Assembly (NCBI GenBank): GCA_951406725.2
Contig: OX597814.1
Coordinates: forward strand, 45,570,001 to 45,634,000
Reading direction: 5' to 3'
DNA from: Octopus vulgaris
Taxonomy: Eukaryota
Length of the DNA stretch: 64,000 bases
Positions 49,701 to 61,080 of this stretch are shown piece after piece. The notes below the pieces were generated by a model that saw only the letters and a list, made by a program, of their open reading frames with translations, was not told the origin of the DNA and did not search any database. Positions within the stretch are counted from its first letter, which is position 1. The number at the start of each line of letters is the position of its first letter. Position numbers and translations under genes: made by a program.

Positions 49701-52700
49701 CAAGAGTTTAAATAATTTATCCATATAATTATTAATTTCTTACATTGGAACTAGGCCACAGTCATTTAGGAAAGGAGTATAAATGGTCATTAACCCTTTT
49801 GATACCAACTTGCCTGAGACTGCCCCTAGTTCTAAGGTACAAACTTCTTGCTTTTAAGAGATCTAAATAAAAATCTTCTTTCAAAATTTCATGTTAATTT
49901 ATGTTCCAAACACCTGCTTAATAGTGACAAAGATATCCATATACACAGGCATGTCCTTTATGGCCATGTTCTCAATCCTTCTCCCAACTGAGAGGTTTTT
50001 GTCTTGCAGATGCCTGTGCCATGTAAAATGTACTCATGCCAGTGCTATGTAGATGTACCCATGCCTGTGGCATAAGAAATGCACCCAGAACACTCTGTAA
50101 AGTGGCTGGTATTAGGAAGGGCATCCAGCTGTAGAAACAATGCAAAAAAAAGACAACTGGAATCTGGACAGCTCCTGCCAAACTGTCCAACCCATGCCAG
50201 CCTGGAAAATGGATGTTAAATGATGATTTTACTGTCATTAATTTTTAAAATCAATTTATCAGAGGCAGTGTATTTCAACAGAAATATGGTAACAAAAGGG
50301 TTAAATGGTAGAAAAAGGAATTGTACATCACCTCTGCTTCTGACTTTTTCCTCAATTCCTGGTTTGCATTTTTGTGTTGCACATCTTGCTGCTCACACTT
50401 GCTCTCCAGCAATGACAATTCATAACGTTGTCTATTGCAACAGTTCTTAAATTCTTCCAACTCCAATTCCAGTTTATGATACCGTTCCTTATAATTCTTC
50501 TCTAATTCGGAATAAGTCTCCAAACGGATCAGCTCTATCTGCTGAGGTGTCACAACTTTGGTTCGCAACAATGTAATTTCTTCATTTTTTTCAAGTAATC
50601 CTTTATGATATTGTTCTTGTGTACTTCTTAAATTATTATATAAAAGTCTGTTCTCTTCTGACTTTTGACGGCATTCATTTTGTATTTTGGCAACTTCTTC
50701 TTGTAATCTGTTCATAATATAGTAGGTAATAAGCAAAAACAAGAAAAAGACAAAACGAGAGGGACAAGTTTTAGCAAAGGTGTTATTAGTATAATGCTTG
50801 AAAGGAAGGGAAAGAGCCTTTGATGTTTCAGGTGGTAGTCCTTCATCAGAAACAGGTGAGAAAAGGGGAAGAAAAAAAGAAAGAGAAATGGTGAGAAGGG
50901 AGTGGTGGTTCCAGGACCAGGTGGGAATGCAGTTCTAGGGGAAGAAGTTAAGAGGATGTAAAAATCAATGTGTAATAGATAAAATGTCAAGGAATATTTT
51001 TGCAACAAATAAGCAGACATTTGCCACAAGTGATAATAAATTGCTGTCACCAGGAATCAAAACTGATTTACAGCTCACTGGAAGCTAACCTCTATTTTAC
51101 GATGCTCAGGGTAAAGACCCCTTTCAGTCATGAATGATCTTGGGACTGCACCTGGAAAGTTAACCACAGAGGCACAGGTCTGGGCAAATTTGTTAATGGA
51201 AGACCAGCAGTTGCCCATACATACCAGCAATGTTATCCAAGGGAAAGACAAGGGTTGATACAGCTTGGCACCAGTAATATCACAACTCATTTCTACAGAT
51301 GGGTTAATTGGGGCAACATAAATAAAGTGTCTTGCTCAAACACAACACACTGCCTGGTCTGGGAATCAAACTCACTACCTTATGAGTGTAAGCTTGATAC
51401 TCTAACCACTGAGCCATGTGCCTTCAGCTTAGAGTTTCTATATTTGATGTAATGAACATTAGAAATCTAATTAAGAAATAACTATGGATTGAGGAAAAGA
51501 CAATATTAGTCAATGACTGTATAGTTTAATTGTTTAAGAAATTATGGGCTGAACATACTTTGAACTAATTAAACTTCCTCAATAAAGTATAAACTTCACT
51601 GTACTTATCAGTATATGAGCAAGTAGGATAAATTAACATATTAAAAAGAAATTAGAGAAGTTGACTACTTAAAAATACCATCAACAAAAACAATAATCAA
51701 TGTAGTGTAGCATATTTCATGTAGTGAGCATTAAAAATTTGATTAAGAATAATTATGTGGTAAGGAAAAAATAACATTAGTTTGATGAATATTATTTTCT
51801 TTTTGCTCCACTACATAACTACTTCTCCTTGAATTTTTTGTTTGTTTTGCTGTTAACAATATTCAATATATTTATATATAAATAAATGTGTATGTGTGAG
51901 TGTGATTTGTGACTTTCCATTTATGCCTTGATAGTGTTTCCTGCTGTCTAAAAACAGTTCATCATGTGAAAGACCAGATAATAAGTATCTTTCTGGGAGA
52001 TAAATAAGAGCTGGTGACAGGAAGAAGGATATCACACATAGAAAACTGTCTCAACAAGTTTTATCCAATTCATGCCAGCATGGAAAAAAGGAAAAGTAAA
52101 AACAGAAAAACAAATCATCATTCTGAAACCCACTTTTAGGTAAGGTAATATTTTCCCATGGCCAAACAAGTTTCCATGGAAAACTGGAAATGAAAGACAC
52201 TGCTTATATGACAGTGATGTTCATTTACAACTATAACATTATATAAGAGGACACACGAACACATTCATACACACATGATAGGCTTCTTTCAATTTCCATC
52301 TACCAAATCCATTCACAAAGCTTTGGTTGCAGGGGTATTGTAGAAGACACCCAAGGTCCAAATGGTTAAGAAGCAAATATCTTGACCACACAGCCATGCC
52401 TGAGATATATACACTGAGTTTCAAATTATTAATGATGTAACATTTAAAAATTTTATTTAAAAACAAGTCATTGGAATACAACAAAATTTCCAGAGAATGA
52501 TGGCAACATTTATATGCATGTGGTGTGTATAAAAACATGAGGTTCTGTAAAACAACACAGAAATTACAGCCATTTACCAAATCTACGTAAATTTTCACTG
52601 CTTCAAATTGTTAGCAAGGTGTAATTAAAACTCATGTAAACAAGAAAATACCAATTTGTTTGATGTACATACTGAAATGAATACATAGTCATAAACATGG

Positions 52701-54890
52701 AAGAATATAAATAAACAAATAAACAGTGTTCAAAAATGATAGGTGAGCTGGAAGAGGTAAACCCAAGAAGACAGGGGATGAGGTGGTGAAGCATGAGCTT
52801 CGAACATTGGGCCTCACAGAGGCAATGACAGGAGACCGAGACCTTTGGAGATATGCTGTGATTGAGAAGACCCGGCAACTAAAGTGAGACTGCAGCCACA
52901 CATGTCCAGCCCTGTTAAGAATACCCCTGATGCTTTGGGTGATATGATATGGTTGAGAAGACCTGTTGAGTCAAGTAAAACCAATATCGTAGCTGTAGCC
53001 AGTGCCTCCTGTCTGGCTCCCGTGCTGGTGGCACGTAAAACGTACTATCCAAATGTGGTTGATGCCAGGTTCACCTGACTGGCTCCTGTGCTAGTGGCAC
53101 ACAAAAAGCACCAACCGATTATGGCCAATGCCAAGCCCATCTGACTGGCTCCTGTGCCGGTGGCACGTAAAAAGCACCCACTACACTCTCGGAGTGGTTG
53201 GCATTAGAAAGGGCATCCAGCTGTAGAAACATTGCCAGATCAAATTGGGGCTTGGTACAGCTGCTGGCTCTCCAGATCTCAGTCAAACTGCCCAACCCAT
53301 GCCAACATGGAAAGCAAATGTATGATGATCACACACACACACATCCTTAAATCCTTTAAAATGTTTTAGCCCAAAGGCCACGGCTATTCATTAATTTCAT
53401 GCACATTGTTTTTTGGCTAACATGGGTAGGATGGAACTTGTTGAGACAGATTTTCTATTGCTAGACATCTCTCCTATTGCCAATCCCCACATATTTTCAA
53501 GCAACATATTTCCCTGTGGTGAGACATATTTTCATGGAAGACTGGAAACAAATGGCATTACTTCTATCACAGTAACATTCATTTATAAATATCACATTAT
53601 GTCAATACATAGAGAGATTAACTCACACACACAAACATATAAGGCGGCGAGCTGGCAGAAACGTTAGCATGCCGGGCGAAATGCTTAGCGGTATTTCTTC
53701 TGCCATCACATTCAGAGTTCAAATTCTGCCGAGGTCGACTTTGCCTTTCATCCTTTCGGGGTCGATAAATTAAGTACCAGTTACACACTGGGGCCAATGT
53801 AATCGACTTAATCTCTTTGTCTGTCCTTGTTTGTCTCTTGTGGGCAATAAAGAAATAACAAATATACAAGGTGGTATCAAAAAGTTCCTGGACTAGTTCC
53901 ATAGCATGCCAACAGATGGCAGTACATGGTGGCGTGCACAGTGAGAGCTAGCAATGACCTTCATGACACAGTATGCTGAGTGACATCACTGTGTTTACTT
54001 CACAAGTTGTGAAATTTGTGTTTTGTGATCACATGTATGCTGTAGTCTGTGATTTTGTCATGGACAGGAACAAAGAGCCAACATGAAATTTTGTGATAAA
54101 CTTGGAAAATCTGCTACAGACATGCTTCGGCAAGCTTATGGCGACAAGGCAAAGGTAATGTTTTGAGTGGCACAGGCACTCCCGAAGCAAAAGAACATCC
54201 TTAGAAGACAATGAGTGCTTTGGAAGACCTGCCATAAGTGTCACCTCTGGAAATGTGGTATTGTGCATTGAGAATTCATCCTCCAGGGCCAGACCATCAC
54301 TCGATGTTTTGAAGTGCTTGAGGGAGAACATTTGGTGAAAGCAACTGGAACTGTGGAATGCAAAGAATTGGATTCTTCACTGAGCTCTCCTCACTCATGA
54401 GTTTCTCTCCAAAATTAACATGGTATTGTTTCTGTACCTGTCCTATTTGCCAGATTTAGCACCAGTGACTTTTATTTCTACCCCAAGATGAAAAAACAGC
54501 TCAAAGGTCACTGTTTTAACACCATTGTTGAGATCCAGAGTGAATTGCAGAGGGTCCTCGACTCACTTATGGAAAACGACTTCCAGGCCAGATTCCAAAA
54601 GTGGCAGGAACACTAGAACCAATGTATTAACTAGTCTTGGAACCTTTTGATACTACTTCATATCCATGCCCACACACATATACAATGGGTTTCTTTCACT
54701 TTCCATCTACCAAATACACTCACAAAGCTTTGCTCAGCCTGGGACTATAATAGAAGTCACTTGCCCAAAATGTTATTTAATGGAGCTGAACCTGAAACCA
54801 CATGATTGGGAAGCAAACTTATTAAACCACACAGCCATGTCTTTGCAAATTGTGTGCATGTATTCATGTACATCTATCTATCTGTCTATC

Positions 54891-54925
<35 letters not shown>

Positions 54926-55560
54926 TGCTTTCTGTAATTATGCAGTAGCATAGTATATGTAGAACAAGAGATATATAGATATATGGATTGCATGTAGTAG
55001 TTTGGCTGACTACCTACAAGCTCTAAGTTTGTTTGATCAGAACTGAACTGGGACTACACAACAACTACAAAAGCCAGTTCATTGCTTCTGTGAAGAAATA
55101 CACTATAGTAGTAAAGAAAATTTCTAATTAAGGAAGAAGCCAGCAATTTTGAAGGGAGGAAATTAAAGGAATTAGTTAATTACAATGGCCTCAGTACTTG
55201 ACTGATACCATATTTTAGTGACCCCTGACAAAAAGGCAAAAGTTAACATTGGCTCGATTTCAGAACATAAAGGGCAAGAAAAAATTCCAAAAGGCGTTTT
55301 GCCAATCCACCTTGCTTATAGAACAGATGTAATAATAACTATAAACAACTCTTCAATTACCGTGAATGCTGTACTTTTAGCCGCTCATAGTTCTGCCTAT
55401 GTTGTTCAGCTCGTGTATGCTCTTCATTCAGCTGTTTATGTATTTCCGGTTCAAATCCTCTAATAGGCAGACTCTGGCTAAGCCGTGCTGGAACCGGAGG
55501 CAGGGCTGTAACATGACTGGCCATTGAACCAGCTTCACTATCTGTTGTATTTCCAAGCAT
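31639..55560 (-). CDS. CEP83: Centrosomal protein 83 (CCDC41)-like coiled-coil distal-appendage protein, spliced gene with 10 coding exons, about 716 aa from ATG 55560
   Basis: Exons 55560-55361, 50707-50332, 47539-47291, 45520-45274, 43563-43419, 41054-40905, 39844-39481, 36325-36225, 34233-34062 and 31785-31639. GT-AG introns with consistent phases; total 2151 nt. Motifs EQHRQNYERLKVQHSRLQ, VTPQQIELIR, RYEL, EKLELE, RHNEFR and HRKEL..L..RLE.L...QR.QLEEL are colinear with vertebrate CEP83 as remembered. The start codon is uncertain. Confidence 0.9.
31990..32219 (+). mobile_element. SINE family A, full length
   Basis: 15-bp TSD AGGTACAATCAACAA (31971-31985 and 32220-32234). Confidence 0.9.
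32624..32864 (-). mobile_element. SINE family A, full length
   Basis: 15-bp TSD GTCCAGTTTATTTCT (32609-32623 and 32867-32881). Confidence 0.9.
34062..34233 (-). CDS. CEP83: CEP83 exon (NWVSPEEH…RHNEFRRLVF…FEEQ)
   Basis: ctgtAG acceptor and GTAAGG donor; contains the RHNEFR motif. Confidence 0.92.
34457..35830 (+). mobile_element. RTE-clade LINE reverse transcriptase pseudogene, antisense in a CEP83 intron
   Basis: YKGKGD…NYRGIKLL, QFGF..GKSTTDAIF, FIDMEKAF, GVHQGSILSPLLF, LLYADDL, FRYLG and RWYGHV, with stops and frameshifts. Confidence 0.93.
36225..36325 (-). CDS. CEP83: CEP83 exon (YKKKSLLAIQTLKKKLELKCAKIEELDAMCKIF)
   Basis: tttAG acceptor and GTAAGT donor in phase 2; translated by hand. 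Confidence 0.87.
36557..37305 (-). mobile_element. RTE LINE 3' portion
   Basis: WYGHV-type RT end, modular 3' UTR and (CAT)n. Confidence 0.85.
37620..38345 (-). mobile_element. CR1/L2-group LINE 3' fragment
   Basis: RPHLEFASPVWNP…LEAVQRRA and NTRGH..K…FF..RV...W..LP..VV (ORFs 38033..38476 and 37755..38045). Confidence 0.88.
39481..39844 (-). CDS. CEP83: CEP83 exon (AKVDHERS…LSAAASIHEK)
   Basis: tttaAG acceptor and GTAAGT donor; ORF 39397..39900. Confidence 0.92.
40905..41054 (-). CDS. CEP83: CEP83 exon (LELEAQLQELQ…KELLIL)
   Basis: gaaaAG acceptor and GTAACT donor; ORF 40901..41089. Confidence 0.9.
41330..41960 (-). mobile_element. CR1-like LINE AP-endonuclease relic
   Basis: PTTRGNNTLDLLFIT at about 41401-41445, ITGNFNYP (GDFN-like) and TVTETW. 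Confidence 0.7.
43150..43375. mobile_element. piggyBac-like MITE family 2
   Basis: CCCTTTAG…/…CAAAGGG ends with degenerate TTAA flanks. Related copies at about 38448-38660, 47700-47880 and 48840-49435 (the last split by an RTE tail). Confidence 0.7.
43419..43563 (-). CDS. CEP83: CEP83 exon (DLKVQLDVSEQ…QKLNEVENE)
   Basis: tttcAG acceptor and GTGAGA donor; translated by hand, not in the ORF track. Confidence 0.9.
43985..45015 (+). mobile_element. Mariner transposase pseudogene (irritans-like)
   Basis: IITSDESWVY, WILHNDNAPCH, YSPDLAPA..LFPKMKRQLKG and WDRCIAAQGDYF. Confidence 0.88.
45274..45520 (-). CDS. CEP83: CEP83 exon (VEKEMLTKE…ERDKLQNTIE)
   Basis: ttttAG acceptor and GTATCT donor in phase 1; ORF 45158..45508. 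Confidence 0.92.
47291..47539 (-). CDS. CEP83: CEP83 exon (VNNVRAEKDRLL…NLKKIE)
   Basis: aaaAG acceptor and GTAAGT donor, phase 0/0; ORF 47264..47539. Confidence 0.9.
47938..48337 (-). mobile_element. SINE-B head fused to an RTE-type (GAT)n tail
   Basis: tRNA/CORE-like head at about 48337-48200, followed by a tail homologous to the RTE 3' end. Similar copies at about 21373-21745, 40038-40445 and 52140-52402. Confidence 0.75.
49794..50300. mobile_element. piggyBac-type MITE (same family as 8084-8304) split by an RTE tail
   Basis: TTAA at 49790-49793 and 50301-50304; TIR CCCTTTTGATACCA / TGGTAACAAAAGGG. Confidence 0.8.
50332..50707 (-). CDS. CEP83: CEP83 exon (LQEEVAKIQNE…KKSEAE)
   Basis: aacAG acceptor and GTGATG donor; ORF 50275..50742. 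Confidence 0.93.
51065..51425 (-). mobile_element. tRNA-derived SINE family C
   Basis: A-box TGGCTCAGTGG and B-box-like GTTTGATTCC, followed by a CORE-like TTGAGCAAGACACTT. Confidence 0.75.
52740..53330 (+). mobile_element. RTE LINE 3' portion
   Basis: GRGKPKK.GDEVVKHEL RT end, three repeat modules and a GAT tail. Confidence 0.85.
53643..53857 (+). mobile_element. SINE family A
   Basis: Full head and tail; flanked by acaaa(c/t)ata. Confidence 0.88.
53867..54660 (+). mobile_element. Internally deleted mariner, same family as 43985-45015
   Basis: TA TSD and ~31-bp TIRs CAAGGTGGTATCAAAAAGTTCCTGGACTAGT / ACTAGTCTTGGAACCTTTTGATACTACTTCA, with shared transposase segments. Confidence 0.88.
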
Positions 55561-55582
55561 GGAAGAAGATTTATCCAATATT
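55361..55582 (-). CDS. CEP83: CEP83 first well-supported coding exon (…MLGNTTDSEAGSMASHV…NYERLKVQHSR)
   Basis: ctacAG acceptor before 55582, in-frame ATGs at 55560 and 55524, GTAATT donor in phase 2; overlaps ORF 55357..55578. Confidence 0.88.
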
Positions 55583-57384
55583 CTGTAGAAATTGAAAAGA
55601 AAGAAAGTTTTTTTTAATAATTATCAAAAGCAGCTATCATATATATTCAATTTTATAGTATTGAGTAAATGAGTGATAAACCTTGTCTTGGACAGGACAC
55701 AAGTGCATTGCAAGTAATATTCCTCTATGATCTTGTACTTATTTCTGACAGCAAAGTAAATTTGGAATGATGTAAAAAGGCATTCCAGCCAGTGGTTTTG
55801 AACTCATGACCTATGAGAAGATAATCTAATACCTTTTTTACTCAGCTAACCTGCCTCAAAAACTAAATGGATCACATCCTATTGAAAGCCAACAAGACAA
55901 TTATTAATAAAAGAAAGTAAGTTCCAAAATACTTTCCAACAAATATTGAGGACTTATTAACATTAATATACTGTTTCAATTAACAAAACTTATCTTCCAA
56001 GCATTATGTCAAATACTTTCATAAACTTTTGTGCAGGAAATTTTTTTTCTTTATATGTTTAAATTAGGACATGTCCTTTTTAAAATAATATAATTCTTTT
56101 AAAAAAATTAATGCATTTGAACTTTTCTATATCATTTAAAATTACTATGGGAAAATATCTACATTATACATCTATAAGGACAACACACTGAAACAATACA
56201 GTTCAGTACCATCATAAATATTTTTTCATATCTCTGTCTGACAGAGGGTTCTTTCAGAAAATCAATTTATTCTATCTTTTAGGAAAATTCATTGAAAGAC
56301 TACAATTAAAAGAGCTGTACTTTTTTTTTTTATCACAAATATGTTAAATTAGTGTAAATTTTCATATTTTACTTGTATCTTATTCCTTTCATTTCACAAG
56401 CCCTTAACTCTTGATGAAGTCAAAAGGGTGCTATTATAAAATACGGTGTTTTAGGTTCAGCAACTTAAAACTTGATAGAGCCCTTCCCTCAGCAGGTCTG
56501 AACACAGCCAATTTCTTATTGAGAAGATATAGAAAAAGAAGACATGACCCTAGTATAGGACTGGTACTTTATTTAATGACCCTGAAAGAATAAAAGACAG
56601 AATTAAAGCTCAACAGTATAAAAGTGAAACAATCTGTTGTCAGTCAGATAAACTAAGGCAAACATATATGCCATGTCCAGAAGAACAACATAATGAACTC
56701 TTGGCCATAAGGTCAGTTATAAAGTGTTTTAAACAAACAATAACTGTGACTCAGATATGTTAAGTTACTAATTGCTTTAGCACTAACAAGGCCAAATAGA
56801 TTTTGATTGGTCAAAAGTAAGCCAATCAATATAGGTTTAAAAAGCTGTGTATCAATGATATAGCAGCACTGTTCCAGCTAATCAATATATTGATATTTTT
56901 GCAATACAGAATTAACTCCGCTTGAAGGCAAATTTATTTTTTTCCTTTTTACTAATGGATGATATTTGTAACTATGTCGACCAAACATTAACAACTCTAT
57001 AAACTAGATTTTGATTGATTGAGAAATTTTTTCCAATGTTCTTTTGAAGTATTTTTTTTAATATTAAAACAAAATAGTTGCATTATATACCTAAAACTGG
57101 TTTTACCAGATTACACAATGGTAGATTAATTTTTCACCCCTCTTGACTTAATTTGGTTATTAAATATTCAAAACCTTTTCCTATCTCACCTGTAAATCTT
57201 AAATCTTGTGACTAATCAAAAGAAATTCTTATAGACTCATAGTAAACAATTCATTCAATTTTATATTTTAATATGCAGCTAAACTTCTATTTAATTCTCT
57301 TCAATGGGCAATAGTTAAGAAGTTCACTTTGCAACCATGTGGTTTCAGGTTCAATCCTATTGTACGACTCCTTAGGCATCCTGC

Positions 57385-58085
57385 TGAACCAAGAATGATC
57401 TGGTTCTTCTACCAGGACCAGCTGCACAACACCCAGAATAACAGTTGGCTTGCCTACAATCCATGCAATGTCCTACATTTTCCAAAACCAAGTTCCCTCA
57501 AACTTTAATGATCTGTGTGTGTGTGTCTCCAGTGAAGGGGATGCCATGCTGCCAAGGCCTTAGGATCAATTCAGACAGCTATGTGAGGCTGCTAGAGACT
57601 GGTCAAACCCTGGTTGGAGAGAGTTGCTGCTGGAAGGCCATATGTGTGGCAGCAAGATTTGACTCTTTACCATAACTCTGGAAAAAGTCAGATGTAGTTG
57701 TTGAAGGATTTTTATGACTTCACCAGCTGCAATTTCTGGTCTTCTAATTCCTCCCATTGAAATTCCATGGATTACTATGTGTAGGGCACAGTTGAGAAAG
57801 ACACCAACTGCTCTGCTTGCAACACCAAGGGCAAGCTGGTGGCCAATCAAGGAGATACTCAAGAATCTTTTCAGGGACACAGTGAGAAATGCACGTGCCA
57901 GGCTCCAGAGCTGTCTTCGCACTGTGGTGCAAGCTGAGAATGGCTATTTTGAGTAAACTGTTATTACCTAGCCACAAACTAGTTGATATTTTTCAACTTT
58001 TTAAAATACTTTTATTTTTTGAATGGGATATTGTGCTTTCTTTTCCTTTTATGCAAACCGTCAAATTTAGCCTGAACACCTTGTA
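57385..58085 (+). mobile_element. maT/DD37D-type transposase relic, 3' half
   Basis: KTKFPQ, QGLRIN, KPWLERVAAGRPYVWQQD, MDYYV and VVQAENGYFE*, with a TIR-like end …aacaccttgTA. Confidence 0.8.
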
Positions 58086-58599
58086 CTTTGTTGACTCCAG
58101 AAGAAAAAGCAGAGTCAACTACAGTAGAATTTAAAGTCAGTCAGAACATAAAAGGATGTAACAAAATACTAAATGTCATTCAGTTCCATAGTCTACTGTT
58201 TCTACGACTCTACAATCCATTAGCAGGCTCATCAGTCTTGCAATTTCTTTTGCTTTAAAATCTTCCTTGATTGTTCAGAGGTCTTCAGAAGAAGTGATAA
58301 ATGGCAATTTCTTTCCAGATGAATACCATTTGATGGAGGATAGGGTAAAAAATTTGGAGGAAATTTTACAATGATATCATGAAAAAAGTGCACCTGGAGC
58401 TTGGGATGTTTCTCTATCATTTTCCTTTTGCCTTTAACATGATACTTAAGATTGTGGAGCCTGGTTGATCATGAGTTATTTCTTTTGTGATATATCTTCA
58501 GTTTTGCATGATAATGTACACAGAACAATACTAACTCCACATGACCAGTAGTCTTTGAAATTCATACTTTGTTTCCATTATAGTTAAAATCCCTTCAGT

Positions 58600-59297
58600 G
58601 GATAATTTCTACTACCTAGGAGACCTAATCTGTAGTGGGGGAGGATACACAGAAAGTATAATTGCAAGAATAACAATAGGATGCAGAAAATTCAGTGAGC
58701 TTTTACCTCTGTTGGCAACAAATAATCTCAATCTCTCTCTCACTCTCTTCGAGTGAAAGGAAGATTGTACGAGGCATATAAATGACCAGCAATTCTACAT
58801 GGCAGTGAAACATGGGTCCTGAATGTAGAGGACATGTGAAAACTAGAGGGGAATGAAGCTAGTATACTCCATTGGATGTGCAATGTAAGTGTACATGTGC
58901 AACAGCATACTCGTGTGTTAAGAGAAAAGTTAGGCATAAGAGGAATTAGATGTAATGTGCAAGAGAAAAGATTACACTGGTTTGGTTGTGTGATAGGGAT
59001 GGATGTAGACAGAAGCTGGTGACACAATAGTACATATGTTGGTGCCACGTAAAAGCACCTGCGCTGGTTCCACGTAAAAGCACCTGTGCTGGGACCACTT
59101 AAAAGCACCTGTGCTGGTGCCACATAAAAGGCATCCAGCACAATCTATAAAGTGGTTGGTGTTAGGAAGGGCTTCCAGTTGTAGAAACCAAATCAAATCA
59201 GACTGTAACCTGGTGCAGCTCTTCTGCTTATCAGCTCTGGTCAAACCATCCAGCCCATGCCAGCATGGAAAATGGACATTAAATGATGATGATGATA
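58600..59297 (+). mobile_element. RTE LINE 3' portion with a 25-bp tandem array
   Basis: YYLGD, LHGSETW and LHWFG segments; AAAAGCACC at 25-bp period (59051, 59076, 59101); (GAT)n tail. Confidence 0.85.
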
Positions 59298-59567
59298 ACT
59301 TGTTTCCCCCTTTTTATGAGCATACAAATTCAGTACCATGAATCTCCATAACAGCAAGTGAATGCATTGATGGAAACAGTGTGTGTGTATTTGTATCCTG
59401 TATTACCTGACATCTTTTTTTTATAGCAGATTTATCTTAATCAAACCCTGAAAACAAAAATAAGTTTCTGCAGCCTAACCAATTTTGCACATCACATGAT
59501 AATTTCTAACCAATGAAGCTGACTGCCATCAAATTGTCAAATTCTGGGCTAAAAAATATTGACTCAC

Positions 59568-59590
59568 CTATAAGCTTCAGTGTACAGCAT
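59568..59590 (-). CDS. CEP83: Candidate upstream CEP83 coding mini-segment (MLYTEAYR) at the 3' end of a mostly untranslated exon
   Basis: AAAC-ATG at 59590 followed by AG|GTGAGT in phase 2, exactly in frame with the acceptor at 55582. Possible acceptor ttttAG before 59763. No homology support. Confidence 0.45.
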
Positions 59591-60554
59591 GTTTATTTTT
59601 GTTCTATCAGTAATCAGACACTTTTTGGTACTTTCAGCTACTGTTGAGAGTCTACTTTAATCAATAAATAGGAATGACATTTCATTTCTTGAGTTGTTCC
59701 TCAGTGGGAAGAATATTTGCTTATTACAGCACTCTTACCACTTGTATGAATGCTTGTTTATTTCTAAAAGTTTTGAGAACTTTTTTAGTACATGTTTGAT
59801 GACACATATTTCACTTGCATGCATTTATGTAGTTTGAAATTTTGAATTCTGTCTTATTTTCACATGTCAAAACATTATGACAGTTGATTACAATATCAAT
59901 AAATCATTATGTTATAATTTTATTTTCACTTATTTCTTTAAAAAAATATTAAAATTTTGACAAATATTCTACCTTTACTGTAATATGTTTTTAATCATTT
60001 TGTCTTTTGGCCACTTTGTTATTCTATTAATAACTTTCTACAATTATGTCTTTAGATTAACTTATATTTTAGTTAATATGCTTTCTCCTAGGCTTGGCCT
60101 GAATGCCGACACTTTACAAAACATTGGATATGCTCACATATTTAGGAAAATACAGGAAAGTACTGCAACACATTACAGACTACTATAAAGGCAATTTGGC
60201 TGATTTACAAAGATTCACCCAACAACTGTCTACAACTTCTCACATACAGACATGCTGTTCCTTCAATCTTCCTACATCCATCCCTTCCACTACAATTGCA
60301 ATGCTATTAATTCCTTTGGATTATTAATCTACATACACCTTCACTGTAACCCACTTGAGGCAAAAATCTCTTGTGATGCCTACAGTGTTCCATTTACAGG
60401 ACTCTACACAGATTTCCCCATTATTCCAGAGTTGAATTACTCAAGAACTAGCACTCTATGTTGCTGTTGTGATTTTTTTTTCTCTTTCACTTACTGGATC
60501 TGGAGGAAGAGGCAGTGCCCAAGTCTTTGCAGGTGCTCCAAGACCAGGGAGATC

Positions 60555-61080
60555 AATGCCATTAATGTTCCTCTTGAATCTTTGTAAGTCAAAACCTACA
60601 GAAGCAGGGAGGGAATTCCAGAGGAATAATCTAAGAAGGAAGCGCAAGGGGCTAGTGATTAATGTGGAGTTTGTTCGAGTGGGGTGGGGAGCAGTTGAAC
60701 AAAGAAGAAGGGAGACATTGGGTTTGGAGTGCTTGAGTGGGCGTGGAACAAGTCCAGACAAAGGCCATTACAGTAGTGGCAGAAAAGTCAGAGAGAGAGA
60801 GGAGTGCCAAATGCTGCAGCATACCTGTGACTTCATACCAATCAGCTGAGTGACCTTTTTCTGGGTGCAGTCTAAGATATCTGTGAGTAGCAGCACCATC
60901 CCAGATATGAATGCAGTACTCCATAGAGGGTGTCACCCGAGCTTTATTGCGTCAATTTATTGTTGGGGGCTGAATTATCTTCTGGCTCCGAAGAAAGGAA
61001 ACAGTCATTAAAATATGGCCCTACCTATGTTAAGACTGTGCACTAGTCTGAAGAGATCCTCGTTAATGACTGAGAGACAA
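60555..61080 (-). mobile_element. CR1/Jockey-group LINE 3' fragment
   Basis: PSMEYCIHIWDGA and LWNSLPASV.FDLQRFKRNIN. Confidence 0.75.

Noticed and set aside
51350-51425. tRNA gene
   Set aside because: A and B boxes are present but there is no cloverleaf acceptor stem, and it continues into a SINE body. The same applies to the SINE-A and SINE-B heads.
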